Notes: generated by a model from the letters alone, not told the origin. Positions 39,761 to 55,533 are shown, counted from the first letter of the whole stretch. The stretch: 63,839 bases of DNA, filler included, from Octopus bimaculoides (GCF_001194135.2; 7 parts of 7 records of this genome joined end to end with filler, not necessarily neighbours in it), one strand, 5' to 3'. Numbers and translations: made by a program.

Positions 39761-42143
39761 TTCATTAACATTTTAGAAATAATATTAATATATTTTAAAT
39801 GACAGTAATACAATTACCTTTTGGAATAGAATTCACGTATTGTATTAAAGCGCCTTCAATCTGTCATTCTTTGATTTTTTTAAGATTTGATTCTATAATT
39901 AATGACTACAGTTTCTTAACCATTTTTTTTTCTTTACAAAAACATACAAATGCGATATCACCGTTATCTTTTGTATTGAACACTACCACCCTGAAATTCT
40001 GCCAAGGTGCTTAGTTTCATATTTAAAATTTTATATCAGATATTCATGCAATCAGACAATAGTCTAAACAGACAAAAATACATACCGTATATTTATGGAG
40101 ATTTCAAGGATACTTGATCAAATTATAAGAAGTATACTATTTCCGAAATATGTAGAGTAAACTTCATGTTAAAGTATGTTGATACGCAGGTTTCTTTTCG
40201 ATCGATAAAAACATATCTAACGGAAGTCTGAAGATAATGTGAGAAAATATATTGCCAACCAAGTATTATTTAATTTCATGTATAAGGTTCTATTTCTCGC
40301 CGGATATTTTATTATCATTATTATTCTCTGCTATATATTACGAATATGCATATACAAAATGTGTCATACACTAACAGGAACATTATCATACCTAAATTTA
40401 TTCATTAGTTGTATTTTAAATGAAAATTTGTGTGTCTCATTGTAATGCTTTCGTTTAAGGGACGCAGTTGCGGAGGATTTTACCTGTTCTAGAAAGTTTC
40501 CTGGAGACCTTTTCAGCGAATATAAAATGTTCTCATAGCGAATTTTCTGCCATCCGTCGATGTATTCTAGCTTTGGAGAGAAATGAAATGATAGACTGGG
40601 TCTGAAGGTAAATTATTTGAAGTAGTTCGTTTGAAGAAGAGACACGACCCTAGAGGAGCGTACATGAGATACAATAACCGTTTTGTATTTTGTCAAAAAG
40701 TCATGAATTACGATTAATGTATGCGCAGGTGTCCTTCCCTTTGCAATTATCTTCCAAGCGTTTTTCCCTTGTTTCGTCTAACAATAACAAATATGAACGT
40801 CGTAGCCTGTACCCTCGTTTCCTTTCTCTTTTTGGTCAATGTGTACATAATTTCATTACGCTATATACCTACTGTTTCTTTTCCGAAGCGGACACTAGTT
40901 CATAACACATAGAATTATGTATTTATGATAATAATATCTATCTACTTTACTGTCGATAATGTAACACTGAAATATCATTGTCTGCAGAGACAACCGTGTA
41001 AATATTTTAATGTATGTATATATATATAGATTATATTCTTTCCTGTACAGACATATGTGTAACTGTATGCATAATCTAATTAGTTCTGTATCAAGGCAGC
41101 GTGGAGCTCTTATTCCTATGTCAATATGATTGAGCATTGCATATATTGCAAGAAATATTTAAAATATTTATCCATTTCTAAACAATGCAATATCCATTCT
41201 CATGCTAATGTATTAATATTTCTCTTCCGATAGATATTACGACTATGCATACATTACATAATTTTTGAATATTCGGTATAATATTTCTTTTCTCTTTTAG
41301 TTTGTGTAATAGTCAAAACAACCCGCTCTACCAAGCAATAAATAGAAAAGATTGTAAAACCACGCGTTCTCCGGTAAATATTGTGTAAGACAAAATACAT
41401 TCATATAACAATAGCATGAAACATATTTAAACAAATATTTTTAACATGCTATATACAAAGTTCAATATTAGCTTCTAGTATATTTCTATATTGAAGTAAT
41501 ATATGTAAATTTACTCTTTCTTATATTACTGAGCTCAAAAGCGTCATCAACGTTCATATCAGTAAGATAACTTATTCTATATTCTGGAAGATTTGAATAT
41601 TTAACATATTAGTAAAACAGTGTCGTTTCTTAATTCTTTGTATTTATACACCGAGAGATGTGAATAAGCTTATATTAGTCTTTATAGATATCACTTCAAT
41701 TCGTCCATCGCTATTCCATTTCTCTTGCAATATAAAAAAGACAATATGCATTATATACTGCTAACAGGAATTTTTAAATATATGTTTAGTTCTTTACACG
41801 TAATTAAATTTCTATTTACATTTTTGTTTATGTATTTTGATATATCAAATTTATCCAAAACGAACCAGTCCAAAACGTTATAAAGTGTTTTACAGAGACT
41901 CGTTCAATGTGTGGAAATCACTGACTTGACAAATCTAAATGAAGGAACTACTTTGACATATGGATCGAAATTGACTGTCAGCTGAACCCACTATGAATAC
42001 TACTCCGACGGCATCTTAATATAGAGGGAAGGGCATTTCCTCCGTGTTGTGATACAGCTGGCATAGTGTATGTGACTTAGATTTCTGGCTTCAAGCGGTC
42101 TCCTCTTCGTTCGAGCTCCCATCCACTTTTGAAGTTTCGCTTT

Positions 42144-42145
<2 letters not shown>

Positions 42146-42200
<55 letters not shown>

Positions 42201-42292
42201 TTCTTCTTCTTCTTCTTCTTCTTCTTCTTCTTCTTCTTCTTCTTCTTCTTCTTCTTCTTCTTCTTCTTCTTCNNNNNNNNNNNNNNNNNNNN

Positions 42293-42350
<58 letters not shown>
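42146..42350. repeat. (ATC)n(TTC)n, a gap, then (TAT)n compound microsatellite
   Basis: Direct observation. Confidence 0.97.
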
Positions 42351-42353
<3 letters not shown>

Positions 42354-42759
42354 GCAGCGAGATGGCAGTTTCATTAACACGACTGCCAAAAATGCTTAGA
42401 GCCATTTCGACACTCTTTGCTTCCTGTCAACTTTGCCTTTCCTATATTGCGAACTGGTGTCCACCGAAATTCCTGGCCTTGTGTCAAAATTTGAATTGAA
42501 TAAAACTATCGGTGACGGTTAAAAACAGACATTCTATAGAGGGTTGTTGGTGTGATGTGCGACAAAGTTCTCGGAGAGACTCTGCCGTCAACATGAATCA
42601 ACTAGATGATTTGTTCCGTGGAACGTACGTGCCTGGTTCTGTGGAAGATTTACAAAAATTCCTGGCCTGGTAGAGCAACCAGAGCGCATTATTGAGTAGG
42701 GATAAACTCTACCGTCATGGAATGCTCTTAGCCTAGTTCTTCCTTAGGGATGGACATAT

Positions 42760-43680
42760 TGGAGCAATCTCGAGTATAACCAGCCGAATTTGCAAAGATA
42801 ATCTGGAACTCGACTAAGGAAAGAAAACTCCGAATGACCCGTCCTTGTCTTTTTCTGTATCGTCTGTCTGGATGTATTGCTTTCCCCTTTTTTGCATCAC
42901 CGACCTGCCTGGATGTATGTACACTTTAGTGGGGTACGTACACTTTTGTCACTTATTTCAAAGTATATATATATGTCTATTTTGTACGACTCTATGATTC
43001 TTTCTATTCTTTCATTCTTTCCTTCCTTCTATCAGCCCTTTTACACTTACTTCGTTCATTCCACTCTTCGTTCTTTCCTTCCCCCTCTCTCACATTCCCT
43101 GGCCTTTTTTTCATGCTCACTTTCCCTTCTCCTTCACTTCACTCTGTCCCTTTCTCACCCCCCTTAATTCTTCTATGACTCTGCCTCTACCTGCCTCTCT
43201 TCTCTCCCCGTGTGACCGGTGTTCGACCAAGACTGACCTTTCATTCTTGGTTCGACTACCATCCGTGCAATATCTATGTTCTTCCCCGTGCCTGTCTAAT
43301 CTTATGTCCCTGCCATAAGGCTTTACGTCCACACCCGCCACCTTAATTTAATTCGTCTTTACTCGAAAGACACCTGTTGTAATATCCTGTTATTTGCATT
43401 TGCATTTCTGTAACATTTCTTCGTTTTTGTTCCATCCTCCTTTTCGTATACATTCGCTGCTTTCTTCCAATAAATCTAATGCACTTAGCTTAGTTTTTCC
43501 ATGAGGCTGGCCAGATTGGAGCAATCTGAAGTATAACCAGCCGAAATTGCAAAGATAATCTGGCACTCGACTGAGGAAAGAAAACTCCGAAGACCCGCCC
43601 TTGTTTTCTTTCTATCGTCTGCCTGAATGTTTCTGTGTCCCTTTCTTGTATCACCTAAATGCCTGGATGTTTCCGTTCTT
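42760..43680. mobile_element. Element bounded by ~125-bp direct repeats, resembling a Penelope pseudo-LTR arrangement
   Basis: TTGGAGCAATCT..AGTATAACCAGCCGAA..TGCAAAGATAATCTGG.ACTCGACT.AGGAAAGAAAACTCCGAA at about 42759 and 43516, with a pyrimidine-rich interior. No ORF found. Confidence 0.5.
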
Positions 43681-43809
43681 CTCCCATTTTTATATATATG
43701 TATATATATNNNNNNNNNNNNNNNNNNNNNNNNNNNNNNNNNNNNNNNNNNNNTTAATTAATTAANNNNNNNNNNNNNNNNNNNNNNNNNNNNNNNNNNN
43801 NNNNNNNNN

Positions 43810-46960
<3,151 letters not shown>

Positions 46961-47320
46961 CTTAAGTGCAAGATGGATTTTACCAAATACTTTCAGGTTT
47001 TGGTTAGAATTGTGTTAGTTCGAAAAATAGAAAAAAATAGTTTTGTTTTGTTTTTACTTCGTTTGTGATACATGTTTTCATATGCGTGTATGTGTATCCT
47101 GCAAATTTTTCGTAGTTGTGTAAACATTGGGATGTATGTGTAGTCCTATGGGTATTAAAATGTGTATATGGTTGTGTAGACATTCGAGTGTATGCATAAT
47201 TACTCAATTTATGTACTTACTGCTTTGTTCCATTTCTATTTTATAATTTGTAAACTTCCCGGTGTTGATTTCGCGTATGAGCTTCGCACGTTTCACCGAG
47301 GCATCATGCATAGGAGAAAC

Positions 47321-47869
47321 GGCATAACTACAGATTTTCTGCCCCTACCCCGACTTTGGATGACCATAATTTTCAGAAAAATGGATATACTTTTATGAAA
47401 TTTTCAACGATTATGTATTATATCACGTAGATTACGAATATACAAAATTTGCAGGTGGAATAAAAGTGTTTTAAGAGTGGGTGGAGTGGGGAATTTCAGA
47501 AAATTCACCGGTGTCNNNNNNNNNNNNNNNNNNNNNNNNNNNNNNNNNNNNNNNNNNNNNNNNNNNNNNNNNNNNNNNNNNNNNNNNNNNNNNNNNNNNN
47601 NNNNNNNNNNNNNNNNNNNNNNNNNNNNNNNNNNNNNNNNNNNNNNNNNNNNNNNNNNNNNNNNNNNNNNNNNNNNNNNNNNNNNNNNNNNNNNNNNNNN
47701 NNNNNNNNNNNNNNNNNNNNNNNNNNNNNNNNNNNNNNNNNNNNNNNNNNNNNNNNNNNNNNNNNNNNNNNNNNNNNNNNNNNNNNNNNNNNNNNNNNNN
47801 NNNNNNNNNNNNNNNNNNNNNNNNNNNNNNNNNNNNNNNNNNNNNNNNNNNNNNNNNNNNNNNNNNNNN

Positions 47870-47925
<56 letters not shown>

Positions 47926-48332
47926 GTGTGGTAGAAATCTACGGATGCACAAATTCACAAAATGGATAAAATGAAACAAATATGGACGACTTGTTCCAAA
48001 ACACCCCCGAGTGGAGAACAGTTCTCAAAAATAACCCCCTCTTGTTTTCCCAAAAAATTCCTATGTCCTCGGAATCTACATAGTCCGAGGTATATTTGTA
48101 GAGGATTTCATTAACAAAAATATCCATTTTCTTCAAAGTTAAGAAGAATTGAAGTGGACTCCGGTGAATTTTCCGAAATTTCCACCCCCACTCCCTCCTA
48201 AATTACTTTTCCCAAAAAGTTTTGTATATTCGAAATCTACACATATTCGTAGAAACTTTCATTTAAAAATATCCATTTTTCTGAAAGTTATGATTATTCA
48301 AAGTCGTGGGAGCAGAAACCTGTAGTTATGCC
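47321..48332. mobile_element. Non-autonomous DNA transposon with ~190-bp imperfect TIRs and an 8-bp TSD
   Basis: Ends GGCATAACTACAG and CTGTAGTTATGCC. GGAGAAAC flanks both sides (47313-47320, 48333-48340). Inverted similarity extends over 47321-47515 versus 48158-48332. The interior is partly N. Confidence 0.85.
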
Positions 48333-48534
48333 GGAGAAACTACTTTGTATGGCAGTAAAATTATGTTTTTGTGATTATATTCGTTAAAAGACCGCTTCAT
48401 TCAAGTCTTCCACAGGTTCCTTNNNNNNNNNNNNNNNNNNNNNNNNNNNNNNNNNNNNNNNNNNNNTTAATTAATTAANNNNNNNNNNNNNNNNNNNNNN
48501 NNNNNNNNNNNNNNNNNNNNNNACATACATACAT

Positions 48535-48700
48535 ATATACGACGGGCTTCTTTTAGTTTCCGTCTACCAAATCCACTCACAAGGCTTTGGTCGGCCCGAG
48601 GCTATAGTAGAAGACACTTGCCCAAAGTGCCACGCAATGGGACTGAACCCGGAACCATGTGGTTGGTAAGCAAGCTACTTACCACACAGCCACTCCTGTG
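48535..48700 (-). mobile_element. Young tRNA-derived family A SINE head
   Basis: Minus strand AGGAGTGGCTGTGTGG (A-box-like) and GGTTCAGTCCC (B-box-like); CpGs retained. Confidence 0.9.
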
Positions 48701-48709
48701 TTATTACTT

Positions 48710-48930
48710 AGGTGGCGTACTGGCAGAATCGTTAGCACGCCGGGCGAAGTGCCTAGCGCTATTTCGTCCGTCCTTACGCTCTGAGTTCAAATTCCATCGA
48801 GGTCGACTTTGCCTTTCATCCTTTCGAGGTCGATAAAATAAGTACTAGTTGAACACTGCGGTCGATATAATCGACTCATCCCCCACCTCCCCAAGCTGCC
48901 CTTGTGACAAAAACTTGAAATAATAATAGT
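48710..48930 (+). mobile_element. Young family E SINE with a (TAA)n(TGA)n tail
   Basis: CTGGCAGAATCGTTAGCACGCCGGGCGAA...GAGTTCAAATTCC...GAGGTCGATAAAATAAGTAC. Confidence 0.9.
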
Positions 48931-49019
48931 AATAATAATAATAATAATAATAATGATGATGATGATAACTAATTTAAAACTTCTCAAAATAATTTTTCAT
49001 TTTTTTTCACCCCGGGAAT

Positions 49020-51760
49020 TGATTATGCCTGGGACTTCTGAACCTTACCCAAGGAGCCAGACAAGTCGTTAACCCTGTGCGTTTATAGCACGGCCCTGGA
49101 TACCAGCCGTGGAAATACCTCTTAGAACCCCTGTCGTTCGAAAAACGCGTTCATTAGTGACCTTAGATTCTGACACTGAGATCGAAAAGTCTTTAAATCA
49201 GGACCAACCTCCTCAAAAATCTGTAGCAAATTGAACCAGAGACATCCCCGAAACTGACGCTGAGGATCGTCTACCAAATCTATTTCAAAGAAATAGAAAT
49301 ACAAGACAGAAATGGACTAAAGTGGAATATATCAAAGTTATGCATGCTTATTATTATTCAACACTAAACCCAGAAACATCAACCACACAAAAAGAGAACT
49401 TCCATATCTGGAGGTGCAAAAACTCGCATAGCAGGTTGTACATGGACAGTAATAAACTAGGAGCTGTGAGACGTAATATCCTAAAAAAATTGAAGACTAA
49501 CTGACAGCGAAATTGACAAAATTTGCTTTTATAGCACGGCCCTGGATACCAACCGTGGAAATACCTCTTAGAACCCCTGTCGTTCGAAAAACGCGTTCAT
49601 CAGTGACCTTAGATTCTACACTGTGATCGAAAAGTCTTTAAATCAGGACCAACCTCGGACCAAGGACGGACAAAATAGCGCTAGGCATTTCGCCCGGCGT
49701 GCTAACGATTCTGCCAGTACGCCACCTAAGTAATAACGCAGGAGTGGCTGTGCTGTAAGTAGCTTGCTTACCAACCACATAGTTCCGGGTTCAGTCCCAC
49801 TGCGTGTCACCTTGGGCAAGTGTCTTCTACTAAGTCAGCTCAGTATAACACACACTTACTTACACCCGCAGGCAAAAAGCTCTGACATCACTAACTTAAA
49901 CCAACAAACTGGGTACACAGAATCCTATGAAGGTGGACCATCAGTTGATACTAAAAACGCTATAAATAATCACGTCAGCAATGAACTGTTAGATAGAATA
50001 CTAGAACAATATCTAATACAGCTACATCAACCTTTCCACGATAGAGCCCCACTTACCAAAATTATTAATGCTAATAAGAACAGAAAAGTAATCAAAGAAG
50101 TTGATCAAGCACTTGGAAAGCTGATATGACAGCTCCCTGAGAATAGTACAGAAAATGCTCTCGAAGTGATTGATCAACTCATTTACTTAGCTGCTTATGT
50201 TGAAACTCAGAAATGCGGTATCAAAATTAGAGATAGACAAAAAAATGCAATATACACAAACAGCCTGCATGGATGGAAAGAATAAACCGGTAAATAATCC
50301 AAGTAAGAGCAGTTATATATTTTCTACTTGAAGCAAGCAAAGGGAAAACTAATAGACCCAACAAACTAAGAATAATTGCTAAACATGACCTTTACAAGAA
50401 AACAAAGGATACATAGATTGAGATCCTCAAACAAAAACTGCAATTAGAAATCAAACTACTGGCAAGATACAAATAACGCTCAGCATTCTATAGACAAAAC
50501 ATACTGTTCAAAGAGAACACAAAAAATATTACAGGGAACTGAGGAAAATACTATTATTATGAAAACATCTCCTCCCCAGCAGCAAACTGAAAATTTTTGG
50601 AAGAGCATTTGGAGTAATCTAAAGGAGTTTAATCGGAATGCACATTGGGTCAGAGACATAGAAGAAAACAATGCCCACTTCAAATGTCAAGAATGGCAGA
50701 ATATAGCAACTGAAGAAGGGAAATCGGCATTCGCCAAGTCAAAGAAATGGAAATCCCCAGGTATAGATAAGATTCTAAAGTTTTGGCTAAACTCTTTAAT
50801 GAGCATCCACCACAACTTAGCCGTAGCACTCAATGAAGTTATGTCCTGTGAAAGCTCTAAAGTGGCTTACAAAAGGGATTACATATCTCTTTCCCAAAAC
50901 AGAAGAAACTACTAAACACTAAAAATTTCGATCTATAACATGCCTCACCACCATATATAAACTATTAACATCTATAATAGCGAATAGAGATCCAAACGCA
51001 GAAACCTTAGCACCGCTTGGATAGATTACAAAAAGGCTTTTGACAGTATCCCTCATGCATGGATAATCAAAGCCCTGGAAATTTACAAGATAGCTCCAAC
51101 AATTGCGAACTTTTTGAAAATCATCATGAATTCGTGGAGAACAACCCTCATTTTAAACCATACACATGGATATACCACATCACCAGAATTAATGCGATCA
51201 GTTCTTTGGCCATACCACTAACCACATATAGCTTCGGTATCATTAAGTGGTATCACACTGACATGCAGAATTTGGATGAAAAAATCCGTAAAATCTTTAC
51301 AAGGTACCAAATGCATCATCCAAAATCAGATGTAGGCAAAATTTATCTCCCTCAAAAATAGGTGGAAGAGGCCTGATATAGCTCGAACAATCCTTCAAAT
51401 CAGCAATAATAGGCCTCGAAACGTGCCTTAACACAAGTGATGTTCTCCTACGAATTGCACTGAAGCATGAATATTCCAAGCAAGCTTCAGTCATGGAGCT
51501 TAGTCAGAAATTTAAAAAGTCTCTTGGCTTACAAGTTAACAATAAGAATGACTAAAGACATCCAAATACTGACAGACCTACCATTGCTTCTGACTTAGAA
51601 ATTAACAACCAGGAAGACCAAAGAGATCCAAATAGTGACAAACCTATCATTGATGCAAAAAACACCAAACAAAAAGCAAAGAAGGCTTGCATGAATAATA
51701 TCGAAGATAACTGGAAAGGTAAACTCCTGCATGGAAAATCCCCTAACCGCCGATAAAATA
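49020..51760 (+). mobile_element. Second R4/Dong-type retrotransposon, decayed with multiple deletions
   Basis: RQKWTKVEYIKVMHAYY; NFWKSIWS; KWKSPGIDKILKFWL; AWIDYKKAFDSIPHAWI; RINAISSLAIP..HHPKSDV..IYLP..GGRGL. Confidence 0.88.
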
Positions 51761-52749
51761 AGGTCCAGTTGAGCACCGAGGTTGGTGTAATCAACTTAAC
51801 CCTTACCCTGAAATTGCTGGTCTTATGCCAAAAATTGAAACCAATATAATACAAAAAAAAAAATCTATCTATAGATATTCACGTATTATTTTCTATTACG
51901 TTCTAAGTTTATTCATTTTATTCTAAAATTATTTCTCATACGCGTTTGGTTTGGTTCTTCAATAACTGTCATATACGACTCAAAATTTCTTTCGGTTCAA
52001 TACAGAGATACGTGTCACATTTTAGGAAAATGATTATATTTATTTAACCAACCTTCTATATAGCTCTGAAGTTATTTCACGAACTTTGGGCGGATGAAAG
52101 TCGAAATCAATTTTTGTTGAGCTTATATATTTATCCTCTAAAATAGCAAAGCTTGCAAAATATATATTTACAAAAGGCGAGGAATACGAATAGTTTGTTT
52201 AGACAGTGTAAGCAGAGAACCCTGAAGCATCGGTCTTTCTGAATGAGACAGCAATACAGGAGATCATGCAAATAATTTTAATGTGTTTTTCTCTATTTCC
52301 GTCTCTTTTCCTTCACTCGCTCCTTCTCTCTTTCTCTCTTTCTCAAGCTTCATGAAAATCAGAGGTGCAGCCGGAGGAATAGAAGCTTAAAATTCACACC
52401 TTAATAAGCAGATTAATATTTATGCCCAAGTAGATTGACATACACAAATGCATAAGAGTGTAATTTAGCAAACACACACACACACAATCACACAATATAT
52501 ATATACATATATATATATACATATATATACATATATATACACACACAATCACACAATATATATATACATATATATATATATATACATATATATACATATA
52601 TATACATATATATATACACACACACACGCTGATATACACACATCGATAATACATATATAAACTAATAAATATGAACTGACACAGAAGGACAAATTTCTGT
52701 CTCATATATACACACACACAAATACATACATACATACATACATACATAC

Positions 52750-53720
52750 TAGGGTGGGATGCAAAGTACATAGGCTGACTATGAAGGAATGATGTTAGAG
52801 CTATGAAATCTTCTTTGCATTAATTTCAACTTCTCTAATTAATAATTGTATTATTTATTTCCCTCAATGCCCCAGTGGTTAGGGCAGCGGACTCGCGGTC
52901 GTAAGATCACGGTTTCGATTCCCAGACCGGGCGTTGTGAATGTTTATTGAGCGAAAACACCTAAAGTTTCACAAGGCTTCGGCAGGGGATNNNNNNNNNN
53001 NNNNNNNNNNNNNNNNNNNNNATACATACATACATACATACTAGGGTGGGATGCAAAGTACATAGGCTGACTATGAAGGAATGATGTTAGAGCTATGAAA
53101 TCTTCTTTGCATTAATTTCAACTTCTCTAATTAATAATTGTATTATTTATTTCCCTCAATGCCCCAGTGGTTAGGGCAGCGGACTCGCGGTCGTAAGATC
53201 ACGGTTTCGATTCCCAGACCGGGCGTTGTGAATGTTTATTGAGCGAAAACACCTAAAGTTTCACAAGGCTTCGGCAGGGGATGGTGGCAAACCCTGCTGT
53301 ACTCTTTCACCGCAACTTTCTCTCACTCTTACTTCCTGTTTCTGTTGTGCCTGTATTTCAAAGGGCCAGCCTTGTCACACTCTGTGTCACACTGAATCTC
53401 CCGAGAACTACGTTCAGGGTACATGTGTCTGTGGAGTGCTCAGCCACTTGTACGTTAATTTCACGAGCAGGCTGTTCCGTTGATCGGATCAACTAGAACC
53501 CTCGTCGTCGTAACCGACGGAGTGCCAAGTTCTATTTCTTTCCATGTAAACTGACATCTCACTGTTCAAAGAAGACTTTAAAAGTAATTAGTAAAGGTTC
53601 CTATTGAAAACTGACAAACTTTGGCATCATGGTGTTTCCAAGTACTTGCAGAAAAAGAGTTTAGCCCACAAGGACATTAATGCTGACATGCTTGCAACAT
53701 TAGGGGATGACATTCCAGCT
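52750..53720 (+). pseudogene. 5' fragment of a mariner element interrupted by a SINE
   Basis: TIR-like AGGGTGGGATGCAAAGT at about 52750. MKTDKLWHHGVSKYLQKKSLAHKDINADMLATLGDDIPA at 53604-53720 resembles a mariner N-terminus. Confidence 0.6.
53160..53527 (+). mobile_element. Near-complete tRNA-derived family F SINE
   Basis: TGCCCCAGTGGTTAGGGCAGCGG (A-box-like), GGTTTCGATTCCC (B-box-like), and a body shared with 26342-26575. Confidence 0.9.
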
Positions 53721-53789
53721 TTATTATTTACATATATATGTGTGTTGTGTATATATAGATCGCTAACCACTACACACATTTTTCTCTCT

Positions 53790-55100
53790 CCTTGTTTCTT
53801 TACCTGTTTCTTTCTGTAGAAGAGCGTAGGCTCGAAACATTAAAGACTTTGTCACAGGCGAGATGTCTTTTACCACGGAAAATTGCTATGAAATTGCCTT
53901 TGGAATTTAGAATATGTCACAAACATATTTGAACTAACCTAAGTTTATATATAAAAGTATAAGGTCCAGTAAAGAATTTTTAAGCAATCTTCAAAGAGGA
54001 AAAGCAATTAGGACCATGTATGAACATAACTTTTCTGCAGTGTATACTAATCTTGATTTGAAAAGGGTAGAAGAAGGAATATTTAGTATAAATGATATTC
54101 TATTTAATAAAGACTATAGATATATTTCAATTAGGAATGGTGAACCTTTTTTTTTTTATCTAAGTGTAGCTATAATGGCTATACATATTTTAATAAAAAA
54201 CAGACTAAAGGCGATGGTCAACTGTATCGTTAATAACACATACATTACATTTGATGGGAAAGTGTTTAGAAAGCTAGAGGAGATTCCGACTGGTGGCACT
54301 CTAGCCCTGTATTAGCTGATTTATGAGTTCAACTTCCTTAATGGAAAACGTGAGGTTTGGTCAAACAACTCAGTGGATGTTGCAAATATATCGATGATAT
54401 TTTTATTCTTAACTTTGTGCATTTTGAACATTTGCTGGGAAAAATATATTCAGTGGATCTCGAGGCAAATAGAAATGGTGACTCAAACCAATAAGGTAAC
54501 CATTAGGATGTGAGAATACTTAGTGTAAATAACGTCGAGACGAATATTTATAATAAGACTGATAGCTTTAATTTCTGCATTACATTGCTGCTTTGGGCGG
54601 ATAGCAGACATCCATTTTGGATGGGATATAAGGTTGTCCAGTCAAGTCATTAGATATGGTAGACTTATAAATAGAGTTGGAATGTTTTTGGATAGTGTTA
54701 ATATGTTCAAGGCGCGAATGTTTAAAGAAGGTTTCAGTAGTAAAAGATTGGTTAAATATTTTAACCTTTGTTTAGGTAAACATGACGACATTTTGAGAAT
54801 TAATGGAGTGATCTCGAGTTTTATTTGAACCTGGATTAGTAAGAAGTGTTAGTTTCCCTGTTTTGAAAAACGTTTTGGTGGTTGGGTGTCATTCACGCTT
54901 GTGTACAATGTCACTTCCACTGAGTAGTCGTCATTGACTTTGGTGCAAAACGTCACTTCCGCTGGGTAGTTAGGATTAACTACCTGTTGATAGATATAGC
55001 TCTTTCAGGGTTTGCGATCGCAGGGTTAAGACACGATTATGGTTTCTGTAAATTTCTCTGCAACACACAAGGTTTCGCTATAGGTAGCATTATTTGGTTG
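53790..55100 (+). mobile_element. Penelope-like element: 5'-truncated, frameshifted RT (Naiad-like) with 3' UTR
   Basis: NFSAVYTNL (motif A with D to N), an insertion DYRYISIRNGEPFF, NTYITFDGKVFRKLEEIPTG, YIDDIF and SQVIRYGRL. The ORF ends at 54828 with no C-terminal GIY-YIG. Confidence 0.75.
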
Positions 55101-55533
55101 TAATTTTGTTCTAGAAGTATTCAATGTTCATAGTTCGTAAGTAAATATAGGTGTATATTTAATCTACATATTTATTTATGTTATAATGAAGTGTAATTTG
55201 ATTTGTTCCTTACTTAGTCTCTTTGTACTTATGAAGTGTTATTTATTTGTTTTACTTGTAGATGTACGTATATATATATATATATATATATTATTTTGTT
55301 TAAAAGAGTTCCAACACTGTCTGTTTTTTATGTTTTATTTATATTCCTGCAGAACCAATGTGGGGTATAGAATATGGAATATACAATATATAATATAATA
55401 TACAATATATAATATAAAATAAAATAAAATAAAAATGGATGGTACCATGAAAGAAAGTATTGAATGTAGATGAAATATTGAGTGTTCAATATAAAGGATC
55501 AAATATATAAATATATAAATATAAATATATAAA

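Noticed and set aside
39496-39813. 105-aa ORF as a host gene
   Set aside because: Explained by frameshifted RTE-like ORF2 3' sequence.
42400-42680. Merlin/IS1595-like transposase fragment (TGVH..., HSIEGCW)
   Set aside because: Only two short motifs in inconsistent order, with stops; not distinguishable from chance without a profile search.
53160-53225. tRNA gene
   Set aside because: A/B-box-like motifs are present, but I could not form a cloverleaf and the segment continues into a SINE body repeated elsewhere.
52732-53282. Apparent 260-bp tandem duplication
   Set aside because: The two copies look identical and flank a 31-N gap; most likely unmerged contig overlap.
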